Shown here: piece by piece, positions 14,301 to 29,300 of the stretch
How positions within the stretch are numbered: position 1 is the first letter of the stretch
Layout: each line of letters opens with the position of its first letter
NCBI RefSeq assembly: GCF_009914755.1
Contig: NC_060925.1
From: the human T2T-CHM13v2.0 reference genome, Homo sapiens
DNA: 64,000 nucleotides
Direction: 5' to 3' (one strand)
Translations under genes and position numbers: made by a program
The notes under the pieces: generated by a model
Told to the model about the DNA's origin: nothing
The model's database searches: none
The model's input: the letters and a program-made list of their open reading frames with translations, nothing else

Positions 14301-17300
14301 AATGGAATCATCATCAAATGGAATCTAATGGAATCATTGAACAGAATTGAATGGAATCGTCATCGAATGAATTGAATGCAATCATCGAATGGTCTCGAAT
14401 GGAATCATCTTCTAATGGAAAGGAATGGAATCATCGCATAGAATCGAATGGAATTATCATCGAATGGAATCGAATGGTATCAACACCAAACGGAAAAAAA
14501 CGGAATTATCGAATGGAATCGAAGAGAATCTTCGAACGGACCCGAATGGAATCATCTAATGGAATGGAATGGAATAATCCATGGACTCGAATGCAATCAT
14601 CATCGAATGGAATGGAATGGAATCATCGAATGGACTCGAATGGAATAATCATTGAACGGAATCGAATGGAATCATCATCGGATGGAAACGAATGGAATCA
14701 TCATCGAATGGAAATGAAAGGAGTCATCATCTAATGGAATTGCATGGAATCATCATAAAATGGAATCGAATGGAATCAACATCAAATGGAATCAAATGGA
14801 ATCATTGAACGGAATTGAATGGAATCGTCATCGAATGAATTGACTGCAATCATCGAATGGTCTCGAATGGAATCATCTTCAAATGGAATGGAATGGAATC
14901 ATCGCATAGAATCGAATGGAATTATCATCGAATGGAATCGAATGGAATCAACATCAAACGGAAAAAAACGGAATTATCGAATGGAATCGAAGAGAATCAT
15001 CGAATGGACCCGAATGGAATCATCTAATGGAATGGAATGGAATAATCCATGGACTCGAATGCAATCATCATCGAATGGAATCGAATGGAATCATCGAATG
15101 GACTCGAATGGAATAATCATTGAACGGAATCGAATGGAATCATCATCGGATGGAAATGAATGGAATCATCATCGAATGGAATCGAATAGAATTATGGAAT
15201 GAAATCCAGTGTGATCATCATCGAATGGACCCGAATGGAATCATCATCCAACGGAAGCTAATGGAATCAACATCGAATGAATCGAATGGAAACACCATCG
15301 AATTGAAACGAATGGAATTATCATGAAATTGAAATGGATGGACTCATCATCGAATGGATTCGAATGGAATCATGGAATAAAATTGATTGAAATCATCATC
15401 CAATGGAATCGAATGGTATCATTGAATGGAATCGAATGGAATCATCATCAGATGGAAATGAATGGAATCGTTATAGAATGGAATCGAATGGATTCATTGA
15501 ATGGAATCAGATGGAATCATCGAATGGACTGGAATGGAATCATTGAATGGACTCGAAAGGGATCATGATTGAATGGAATTGAATGGAATCATCGAATGGT
15601 CTCGATTGGAATCATTATCAAATGGAATCGAATGGAATCACCGAATAGAATCGAATGGAACAATCATCGAATGGACTCAAATGGAATTATCCTCCAATGG
15701 AATCGAATGGAATTATCGAATGCAATCGAATGGAATTATCGAATGCAATCGAATAGAATCATCGAATGGACTCGAATGGAATCATCGAATGGAATGGAAT
15801 GGAACAGTCAATGAACTCGAATGGAATCATCATTGAATGGAATCGAATGGAATCATCGAGTGGAATCGAATGGAATTATGATCAAATGGAATCGAATGTA
15901 ATCCTCATCAAATGGAATCAAAAATAACCATCATCAATTGGTATTGAATGGAATTGTCATCAAATGGAATTCAAAGGAATCATCATCAAATGGAACCGAA
16001 TGGAATCCTCATTGAATGGAAATGAAAGGGGTCATCATCTAATGGAATCGCATGGAATCATCATCAAATGGAATCGAATGGAATCATCATCAAATGGAAT
16101 CTAATGGAATCATTGAACAGAATTGAATGGAATCGTCATCGAATGAATTGAATGCAATCATCGAATGGTCTCGAATGGAATCATCTTCTAATGGAAAGGA
16201 ATGGAATCATCGCATAGAATCGAATGGAATTATCATCGAATGGAATCGAATGGTATCAACACCAAACGGAAAAAAACGGAATTATCGAATGGAATCGAAG
16301 AGAATCTTCGAACGGACCCGAATGGAATCATCTAATGGAATGGAATGGAATAATCCATGGACTCGAATGCAATCATCATCGAATGGAATGGAATGGAATC
16401 ATCGAATGGACTCGAATGGAATAATCATTGAACGGAATTGAATGGAATCATCATCGGATGGAAACGAATGGAATCATCATCGAATGGAAATGAAAGGAGT
16501 CATCATCTAATGGAATTGCATGGAATCATCATAAAATGGAATCGAATGGAATCAACATCAAATGGAATCAAATGGAATCATTGAACGGAATTGAATGGAA
16601 TCGTCATCGAATGAATTGACTGCAATCATCGAATGGTCTCGAATGGAATCATCTTCAAATGGAATGGAATGGAATCATCGCATAGAATCGAATGGAATTA
16701 TCATCGAATGGAATCGAATGGAATCAACATCAAACGGAAAAAAACAGAATTATCGTATGGAATCGAAGAGAATCATCGAATGGACCCGAATGGAATCATC
16801 TAATGGAATGGAATGGAATAATCCATGGACTCGAATGCAATCATCATCGAATGGAATCGAATGGAATCATCGAATGGGCTCGAATGGAATAATCATTGAA
16901 CGGAATCGAATGGAATCATCATCGGATGGAAATGAATGGAATCATCATCGAATGGAATCGAATAGAATTATGGAATGAAATCCAGTGTGATCATCATCGA
17001 ATGGACCCGAATGGAATCATCATCCAACGGAAGCTAATGGAATCAACATCGAATGAATCGAATGGAAACACCATCGAATTGAAACGAATGGAATTATCAT
17101 GAAATTGAAATGGATGGACTCATCATCGAATGGATTCGAATGGAATCATCGAATAAAATTGATTGAAATCATCATCCAATGGAATCGAATGGTATCATTG
17201 AATGGAATCGAATGGAATCATCATCAGATGGAAATGAATGGAATCGTCATAGAATGGAATCGAATGGATTCACTGAATGGAATCAGATGGAATCATCGAA

Positions 17301-20300
17301 TGGACTGGAATGGAATCATTGAATGGACTCGAAAGGGATCATGATTGAATGGAATTGAATGGAATCATCGAATGGTCTCGATTGGAATCATTATCAAATG
17401 GAATCGAATGGAATCACCGAATAGAATCGAATGGAACAATCATCGAATGGACTCAAATGGAATTATCCTCAAATGGAATCAAATGGAATTATCGAATGCA
17501 ATCGAATGGAATTATCGAATGCAATCGAATAGAATCATCGAAAGGACTCGAATGGAATCATCGAATGGAATGGAATGGAACAGTCAATGAACTCGAATGG
17601 AATCATCATTGAATGGAATCGAATGGAATCATCGAGTGGAATCGAATGGAATTATGATCAAATGGAATCGAATGTAATCCTCATCAAATGGAATCAAAAA
17701 TAACCATCATCAATTGGTATTGAATGGAATTGTCATCAAATGGAATTCAAAGGAATCATCATCAAATGGAACCGAATGGAATCCTCATTGAATGGAAATG
17801 AAAGGGGTCATCATCTAATGGAATCGCATGGAATCATCATCAAATGGAATCGAATGGAATCATCATCAAATGGAATCTAATGGAATCATTGAACAGAATT
17901 GAATGGAATCGTCATCGAATGAATTGAATGCAATCATCGAATGGTCTCGAATGGAATCATCTTCTAATGGAAAGGAATGGAATCATCGCATAGAATCGAA
18001 TGGAATTATCATCGAATGGAATCGAATGGTATCAACACCAAACGGAAAAAAACGGAATTATCGAATGGAATCGAAGAGAATCTTCGAACGGACCCGAATG
18101 GAATCATCTAATGGAATGGAATGGAATAATCCATGGACTCGAATGCAATCATCATCGAATGGAATGGAATGGAATCATCGAATGGACTCGAATGGAATAA
18201 TCATTGAACGGAATCGAATGGAATCATCATCGGATGGAAACGAATGGAATCATCATCGAATGGAAATGAAAGAAGTCATCATCTAATGGAATTGCATGGA
18301 ATCATCATCAAATGGAATCGAATGGAATCAACATCAAATGGAATCAAATGGAATCATTGAACGGAATTGAATGGAATCGTCATCGAATGAATTGACTGCA
18401 ATCATCGAATGGTCACGAATGGAATCATCTTCAAATGGAATGGAATGGAATCATCGCATAGAATCGAATGGAATTATCATCGAATGGAATCGAATGGAAT
18501 CAACATCAAACGGAAAAAAACGGAATTATCGAATGGAATCGAAGAGAATCATCGAATGGACCCGAATGGAATCATCTAATGGAATGGAATGGAATAATCC
18601 ATGGACTCGAATGCAATCATCATCGAATGGAATCGAATGGAATCATCGAATGGACTCGAATGGAATAATCATTGAACGGAATCGAATGGAATCATCATCG
18701 GATGGAAATGAATGGAATCATCATCGAATGGAATCGAATAGAATTATGGAATGAAATCCAGTGTGATCATCATCGAATGGACCCGAATGGAATCATCATC
18801 CAACGGAAGCTAATGGAATCAACATCGAATGAATCGAATGGAAACACCATCGAATTGAAACGAATGGAATTATCATGAAATTGAAATGGATGGACTCATC
18901 ATCGAATGGATTCGAATCGAATCATCGAATAAAATTGATTGAAATCATCATCAAATGGAATCGAATGGTATCATTGAATGGAATCGAATGGAATCATCAT
19001 CAGATGGAAATGAATGGAATCGTCATAGAATGGAATCGAATGGATTCATTGAATGGAATCAGATGGAATCATCGAATGGACTGGAATGGAATCATTGAAT
19101 GGACTCGAAAGGGATCATTATTGAATGGAATTGAATGGAATCATCGAATGGTCTCGATTGGAATCATTACCAAATGGAATCGAATGGAATCACCGAATAG
19201 AATCGAATGGAACAATCATCGAATGGACTCAAATGGAATTATCCTCAAATAGAATCGAATGGAATTATCGAATGCAATCGAATGGAATTATCGAATGCAA
19301 TCGAATAGAATCATCGAAAGGACTCGAATGGAATCATCGAATGGAATGGAATGGAACAGTCAATGAACTCGAATGGAATCATCATTGAATGGAATCGAAT
19401 GGAATCATCGAGTGGAATTGAATGGAATTATGATCAAATGGAATCGAATGTAATCATCATCAAATGGAATCAAAAATAACCATCATCAATTGGTATTGAA
19501 TGGAATTGTCATCAAATGGAATTCAAAGGAAACATCATCAAATGGAACCGAATGGAATCCTCATTGAATGGAAATGAAAGGGGTCATCATCTAATGGAAT
19601 CGCATGGAATCATCATCAAATGGAATCGAATGGAATCATCATCAAATGGAATCTAATGGAATCATTGAACAGAATTGAATGGAATCGTCATCGACTGAAT
19701 TGAATGCAATCATCGAATGGTCTCGAATGGAATCATCTTCTAATGGAAAGGAATGGAATCATCGCATAGAATCGAATGGAATTATCATCGAATGGAATCG
19801 AATGGTATCAACACCAAACGGAAAAAAACGGAATTATCGAATGGAATCGAAGAGAATCTTCGAACGGACCCGAATGGAATCATCTAATGGAATGGAATGG
19901 AATAATCCATGGACTCGAATGCAATCATCATCGAATGGAATCGAATGGAATCATCGAATGGACTCGAATGGAATAATCATTGAACGGAATCGAATGGAAT
20001 CATCATCGGATGGAAACGAATGGAATCATCATCGAATGGAAATGAAAGGAGTCATCATCTAATGGAATTGCATGGAATCATCATAAAATGGAATCGAATG
20101 GAATCAACATCAAATGGAATCAAATGGAATCATTGAACGGAATTGAATGGAATCGTCATCGAATGAATTGACTGCAATCATCGAATGGTCTCGAATGGAA
20201 TCATCTTCAAATGGAATGGAATGGAATCATCGCATAGAATCGAATGGAATTATCATCGAATGGAATCGAATGGAATCAACATCAAACGGAAAAAAACGGA

Positions 20301-23300
20301 ATTATCGAATGGAATCGAAGAGAATCATCGAATGGACCCGAATGGAATCATCTAATGGAATGGAATGGAATAATCCATGGACTCGAATGCAATCATCATC
20401 GAATGGAATCGAATGGAATCATCGAATGGACTCGAATGGAATAATCATTGAACGGAATCGAATGGAATCATCATCGGATGGAAATGAATGGAATCATCAT
20501 CGAATGGAATCGAATAGAATTAGGGAATGAAATCCAGTGTGATCATCATCGAATGGACCCGAATGGAATCATCATCCAACGGAAGCTAATGGAATCAACA
20601 TCGAATGAATCGAATGGAAACACCATCGAATTGAAACGAATGGAATTATCATGAAATTGAAATGGATGGACTCATCATCGAATGGATTCGAATGGAATCA
20701 TCGAATAAAATTGATTGAAATCATCATCCAATGGAATCGAATGGTATCATTGAATGGAATCGAATGGAATCATCATCAGATGGAAATGAATGGAATCGTC
20801 ATAGAATGGAATCGAATGGATTCATTGAATGGAATCAGATGGAATCATCGAATGGACTGGAATGGAATCATTGAATGGACTCGAAAGGGATCATGATTGA
20901 ATGGAATTGAATGGAATCATCGAATGGTCTCGATTGGAATCATTATCAAATGGAATCGAATGGAATCACCGAATAGAATCGAATGGAACAATCATCGAAT
21001 GGACTCAAATGGAATTATCCTCCAATGGAATCGAATGGAATTATCGAATGCAATCGAATGGAATTATCGAATGCAATCGAATAGAATCATCGAATGGACT
21101 CGAATGGAATCATCGAATGGAATGGAATGGAACAGTCAATGAACTCGAATGGAATCATCATTGAATGGAATCGAATGGAATCATCGAGTGGAATCGAATG
21201 GAATTATGATCAAATGGAATCGAATGTAATCCTCATCAAATGGAATCAAAAATAACCATCATCAATTGGTATTGAATGGAATTGTCATCAAATGGAATTC
21301 AAAGGAATCATCATCAAATGGAACCGAATGGAATCCTCATTGAATGGAAATGAAAGGGGTCATCATCTGATGGAATCGCATGGAATCATCATCAAATGGA
21401 ATCGAATGGAATCATCATCAAATGGAATCTAATGGAATCATTGAACAGAATTGAATGGAATCGTCATTGAATGAATTGAATGCAATCATCGAATGGTCTC
21501 GAATGGAATCATCTTCTAATGGAAAGGAATGGAATCATCGCATAGAATCGAATGGAATTATCATCGAATGGAATCGAATGGTATCAACACCAAACGGAAA
21601 AAAACGGAATTATCGAATGGAATCGAAGAGAATCTTCGAACGGACCCGAATGGAATCATCTAATGGAATGGAATGGAATAATCCATGGACTCGAATGCAA
21701 TCATCATCGAATGGAATGGAATGGAATCATCGAATGGACTCGAATGGAATAATCATTGAACGGAATCGAATGGAATCATCATCGGATGGAAACGAATGGA
21801 ATCATCATCGAATGGAAATGAAAGGAGTCATCATCTAATGGAATTGCATGGAATCATCATAAAATGGAATCGAATGGAATCAACATCAAATGGAATCAAA
21901 TGGAATCATTGAACGGAATTGAATGGAATCGTCATCGAATGAATTGACTGCAATCATCGAATGGTCTCGAATGGAATCATCTTCAAATGGAATGGAATGG
22001 AATCATCGCATAGAATCGAATGGAATTATCATCGAATGGAATCGAATGGAATCAACATCAAACGGAAAAAAACGGAATTATCGAATGGAATCGAAGAGAA
22101 TCATCGAATGGACCCGAATGGAATCATCTAATGGAATGGAATGGAATAATCCATGGACTCGAATGCAATCATCATCGAATGGAATCGAATGGAATCATCG
22201 AATGGACTCGAATGGAATAATCATTGAACGGAATCGAATGGAATCATCATCGGATGGAAATGAATGGAATCATCATCGAATGGAATCGAATAGAATTATG
22301 GAATGAAATCCAGTGTGATCATCATCGAATGGACCCGAATGGAATCATCATCCAACGGAAGCTAATGGAATCAACATCGAATGAATCGAATGGAAACACC
22401 ATCGAATTGAAACGAATGGAATTATCATGAAATTGAAATGGATGGACTCATCATCGAATGGATTCGAATGGAATCATCGAATAAAATTGATTGAAATCAT
22501 CATCCAATGGAATCGAATGGTATCATTGAATGGAATCGAATGGAATCATCATCAGATGGAAATGAATGGAATCGTTATAGAATGGAATCGAATGGATTCA
22601 TTGAATGGAATCAGATGGAATCATCGAATGGACTGGAATGGAATCATTGAATGGACTCGAAAGGGATCATGATTGAATGGAATTGAATGGAATCATCGAA
22701 TGGTCTCGATTGGAATCATTATCAAATGGAATCGAATGGAATCACCGAATAGAATCGAATGGAACAATCATCGAATGGACTCAAATGGAATTATCCTCCA
22801 ATGGAATCGAATGGAATTATCGAATGCAATCGAATGGAATTATCGAATGCAATCGAATAGAATCATCGAATGGACTCGAATGGAATCATCGAATGGAATG
22901 GAATGGAACAGTCAATGAACTCGAATGGAATCATCATTGAATGGAATCGAATGGAATCATCGAGTGGAATCGAATGGAATTATGATCAAATGGAATCGAA
23001 TGTAATCCTCATCAAATGGAATCAAAAATAACCATCATCAATTGGTATTGAATGGAATTGTCATCAAATGGAATTCAAAGGAATCATCATCAAATGGAAC
23101 CGAATGGAATCCTCATTGAATGGAAATGAAAGGGGTCATCATCTAATGGAATCGCATGGAATCATCATCAAATGGAATCGAATGGAATCATCATCAAATG
23201 GAATCTAATGGAATCATTGAACAGAATTGAATGGAATCGTCATCGAATGAATTGAATGCAATCATCGAATGGTCTCGAATGGAATCATCTTCTAATGGAA

Positions 23301-26300
23301 AGGAATGGAATCATCGCATAGAATCGAATGGAATTATCATCGAATGGAATCGAATGGTATCAACACCAAACGGAAAAAAACGGAATTATCGAATGGAATC
23401 GAAGAGAATCTTCGAACGGACCCGAATGGAATCATCTAATGGAATGGAATGGAATAATCCATGGACTCGAATGCAATCATCATCGAATGGAATGGAATGG
23501 AATCATCGAATGGACTCGAATGGAATAATCATTGAACGGAATTGAATGGAATCATCATCGGATGGAAACGAATGGAATCATCATCGAATGGAAATGAAAG
23601 GAGTCATCATCTAATGGAATTGCATGGAATCATCATAAAATGGAATCGAATGGAATCAACATCAAATGGAATCAAATGGAATCATTGAACGGAATTGAAT
23701 GGAATCGTCATCGAATGAATTGACTGCAATCATCGAATGGTCTCGAATGGAATCATCTTCAAATGGAATGGAATGGAATCATCGCATAGAATCGAATGGA
23801 ATTATCATCGAATGGAATCGAATGGAATCAACATCAAACGGAAAAAAACAGAATTATCGTATGGAATCGAAGAGAATCATCGAATGGACCCGAATGGAAT
23901 CATCTAATGGAATGGAATGGAATAATCCATGGACTCGAATGCAATCATCATCGAATGGAATCGAATGGAATCATCGAATGGACTCGAATGGAATAATCAT
24001 TGAACGGAATCGAATGGAATCATCATCGGATGGAAATGAATGGAATCATCATCGAATGGAATCGAATAGAATTATGGAATGAAATCCAGTGTGATCATCA
24101 TCGAATGGACCCGAATGGAATCATCATCCAACGGAAGCTAATGGAATCAACATCGAATGAATCGAATGGAAACACCATCGAATTGAAACGAATGGAATTA
24201 TCATGAAATTGAAATGGATGGACTCATCATCGAATGGATTCGAATGGAATCATCGAATAAAATTGACTGAAATCATCATCCAATGGAATCGAATGGTATC
24301 ATTGAATGGAATCGAATGGAATCATCATCAGATGGAAATGAATGGAATCGTCATAGAATGGAATCGAATGGATTCATTGAATGGAATCAGATGGAATCAT
24401 CGAATGGACTGGAATGGAATCATTGAATGGACTCGAAAGGGATCATGATTGAATGGAATTGAATGGAATCATCGAATGGTCTCGATTGGAATCATTATCA
24501 AATGGAATCGAATGGAATCACCGAATAGAATCGAATGGAACAATCATCGAATGGACTCAAATGGAATTATCCTCAAATGGAATCAAATGGAATTATCGAA
24601 TGCAATCGAATGGAATTATCGAATGCAATCGAATAGAATCATCGAAAGGACTCGAATGGAATCATCGAATGGAATGGAATGGAACAGTCAATGAACTCGA
24701 ATGGAATCATCATTGAATGGAATCGAATGGAATCATCGAGTGGAATCGAATGGAATTATGATCAAATGGAATCGAATGTAATCCTCATCAAATGGAATCA
24801 AAAATAACCATCATCAATTGGTATTGAATGGAATTGTCATCAAATGGAATTCAAAGGAATCATCATCAAATGGAACCGAATGGAATCCTCATTGAATGGA
24901 AATGAAAGGGGTCATCATCTAATGGAATCGCATGGAATCATCATCAAATGGAATCGAATGGAATCATCATCAAATGGAATCTAATGGAATCATTGAACAG
25001 AATTGAATGGAATCGTCATCGAATGAATTGAATGCAATCATCGAATGGTCTCGAATGGAATCATCTTCTAATGGAAAGGAATGGAATCATCGCATAGAAT
25101 CGAATGGAATTATCATCGAATGGAATCGAATGGTATCAACACCAAACGGAAAAAAACGGAATTATCGAATGGAATCGAAGAGAATCTTCGAACGGACCCG
25201 AATGGAATCATCTAATGGAATGGAATGGAATAATCCATGGACTCGAATGCAATCATCATCGAATGGAATGGAATGGAATCATCGAATGGACTCGAATGGA
25301 ATAATCATTGAACAGAATCGAATGGAATCATCATCGGATGGAAACGAATGGAATCATCATCGAATGGAAATGAAAGGAGTCATCATCTAATGGAATTGCA
25401 TGGAATCATCATAAAATGGAATCGAATGGAATCAACATCAAATGGAATCAAATGGAATCATTGAACGGAATTGAATGGAATCGTCATCGAATGAATTGAC
25501 TGCAATCATCGAATGGTCTCGAATGGAATCATCTTCAAATGGAATGGAATGGAATCATCGCATAGAATCGAATGGAATTATCATCGAATGGAATCGAATG
25601 GAATCAACATCAAACGGAAAAAAACGGAATTATCGAATGGAATCGAAGAGAATCATCGAATGGACCCGAATGGAATCATCTAATGGAATGGAATGGAATA
25701 ATCCATGGACTCGAATGCAATCATCATCGAATGGAATCGAATGGAATCATCGAATGGACTCGAATGGAATAATCATTGAACGGAATCGAATGGAATCATC
25801 ATCGGATGGAAATGAATGGAATCATCATCGAATGGAATCGAATAGAATTATGGAATGAAATCCAGTGTGATCATCATCGAATGGACCCGAATGGAATCAT
25901 CATCCAACGGAAGCTAATGGAATCAACATCGAATGAATCGAATGGAAACACCATCGAATTGAAACGAATGGAATTATCATGAAATTGAAATGGATGGACT
26001 CATCATCGAATGGATTCGAATGGAATCATCGAATAAAATTGATTGAAATCATCATCCAATGGAATCGAATGGTATCATTGAATGGAATCGAATGGAATCA
26101 TCATCAGATGGAAATGAATGGAATCGTCATAGAATGGAATCGAATGGATTCATTGAATGGAATCAGATGGAATCATCGAATGGACTGGAATGGAATCATT
26201 GAATGGACTCGAAAGGGATCATGATTGAATGGAATTGAATGGAATCATCGAATGGTCTCGATTGGAATCATTATCAAATGGAATCGAATGGAATCACCGA

Positions 26301-29300
26301 ATAGAATCGAATGGAACAATCATCGAATGGACTCAAATGGAATTATCCTCCAATGGAATCGAATGGAATTATCGAATGCAATCGAATGGAATTATCGAAT
26401 GCAATCGAATAGAATCATCGAATGGACTCGAATGGAATCATCGAATGGAATGGAATGGAACAGTCAATGAACTCGAATGGAATCATCATTGAATGGAATC
26501 GAATGGAATCATCGAGTGGAATCGAATGGAATTATGATCAAATGGAATCGAATGTAATCCTCATCAAATGGAATCAAAAATAACCATCATCAATTGGTAT
26601 TGAATGGAATTGTCATCAAATGGAATTCAAAGGAATCATCATCAAATGGAACCGAATGGAATCCTCATTGAATGGAAATGAAAGGGGTCATCATCTAATG
26701 GAATCGCATGGAATCATCATCAAATGGAATCGAATGGAATCATCATCAAATGGAATCTAATGGAATCATTGAACAGAATTGAATGGAATCGTCATCGAAT
26801 GAATTGAATGCAATCATCGAATGGTCTCGAATGGAATCATCTTCTAATGGAAAGGAATGGAATCATCGCATAGAATCGAATGGAATTATCATCGAATGGA
26901 ATCGAATGGTATCAACACCAAACGGAAAAAAACGGAATTATCGAATGGAATCGAAGAGAATCTTCGAACGGACCCGAATGGAATCATCTAATGGAATGGA
27001 ATGGAATAATCCATGGACTCGAATGCAATCATCATCGAATGGAATGGAATGGAATCATCGAATGGACTCGAATGGAATAATCATTGAACGGAATTGAATG
27101 GAATCATCATCGGATGGAAACGAATGGAATCATCATCGAATGGAAATGAAAGGAGTCATCATCTAATGGAATTGCATGGAATCATCATAAAATGGAATCG
27201 AATGGAATCAACATCAAATGGAATCAAATGGAATCATTGAACGGAATTGAATGGAATCGTCATCGAATGAATTGACTGCAATCATCGAATGGTCTCGAAT
27301 GGAATCATCTTCAAATGGAATGGAATGGAATCATCGCATAGAATCGAATGGAATTATCATCGAATGGAATCGAATGGAATCAACATCAAACGGAAAAAAA
27401 CAGAATTATCGTATGGAATCGAAGAGAATCATCGAATGGACCCGAATGGAATCATCTAATGGAATGGAATGGAATAATCCATGGACTCGAATGCAATCAT
27501 CATCGAATGGAATCGAATGGAATCATCGAATGGACTCGAATGGAATAATCATTGAACGGAATCGAATGGAATCATCATCGGATGGAAATGAATGGAATCA
27601 TCATCGAATGGAATCGAATATAATTATGGAATGAAATCCAGTGTGATCATCATCGAATGGACCCGAATGGAATCATCATCCAACGGAAGCTAATGGAATC
27701 AACATCGAATGAATCGAATGGAAACACCATCGAATTGAAACGAATGGAATTATCATGAAATTGAAATGGATGGACTCATCATCGAATGGATTCGAATGGA
27801 ATCATCGAATAAAATTGACTGAAATCATCATCCAATGGAATCGAATGGTATCATTGAATGGAATCGAATGGAATCATCATCAGATGGAAATGAATGGAAT
27901 CGTCATAGAATGGAATCGAATGGATTCATTGAATGGAATCAGATGGAATCATCGAATGGACTGGAATGGAATCATTGAATGGACTCGAAAGGGATCATGA
28001 TTGAATGGAATTGAATGGAATCATCGAATGGTCTCGATTGGAATCATTATCAAATGGAATCGAATGGAATCACCGAATAGAATCGAATGGAACAATCATC
28101 GAATGGACTCAAATGGAATTATCCTCAAATGGAATCAAATGGAATTATCGAATGCAATCGAATGGAATTATCGAATGCAATCGAATAGAATCATCAAAAG
28201 GACTCGAATGGAATCATCGAATGGAATGGAATGGAACAGTCAATGAACTCGAATGGAATCATCATTGAATGGAATCGAATGGAATCATCGAGTGGAATCG
28301 AATGGAATTATGATCAAATGGAATCGAATGTAATCATCATCAAATGGAATCAAAAATAACCATCATCAATTGGTATTGAATGGAATTGTCATCAAATGGA
28401 ATTCAAAGGAATCATCATCAAATGGAACCGAATGGAATCCTCATTGAATGGAAATGAAAGGGGTCATCATCTAATGGAATCGCATGGAATCATCATCAAA
28501 TGGAATCGAATGGAATCATCATCATATGGAATCTAATGGAATCATTGAACAGAATTGAATGGAATCGTCATCGAATGAATTGAATGCAATCATCGAATGG
28601 TCTCGAATGGAATCATCTTCTAATGGAAAGGAATGGAATCATCGCATAGAATCGAATGGAATTATCATCGAATGGAATCGAATGGTATCAACACCAAACG
28701 GAAAAAAACGGAATTATCGAATGGAATCGAAGAGAATCTTCGAACGGACCCGAATGGAATCATCTAATGGAATGGAATGGAATAATCCATGGACTCGAAT
28801 GCAATCATCATCGAATGGAATGGAATGGAATCATCGAATGGACTCGAATGGAATAATCATTGAACGGAATCGAATGGAATCATCATCGGATGGAAACGAA
28901 TGGAATCATCATCGAATGGAAATGAAAGGAGTAATCATCTAATGGAATTGCATGGAATCATCATCAAATGAAATCGAATGGAATCAACATCAAATGGAAT
29001 CAAATGGAATCATTGAACGGAATTGAATGGAATCGTCATCGAATGAATTGACTGCAATCATCGAATGGTCACGAATGGAATCATCTTCAAATGGAATGGA
29101 ATGGAATCATCGCATAGAATCGAATGGAATTATCATCGAATGGAATCGAATGGAATCAACATCAAACGGAAAAAAACGGAATTATCGAATGGAATCGAAG
29201 AGAATCATCGAATGGACCCGAATGGAATCATCTAATGGAATGGAATGGAATAATCCATGGACTCGAATGCAATCATCATCGAATGGAATCGAATGGAATC

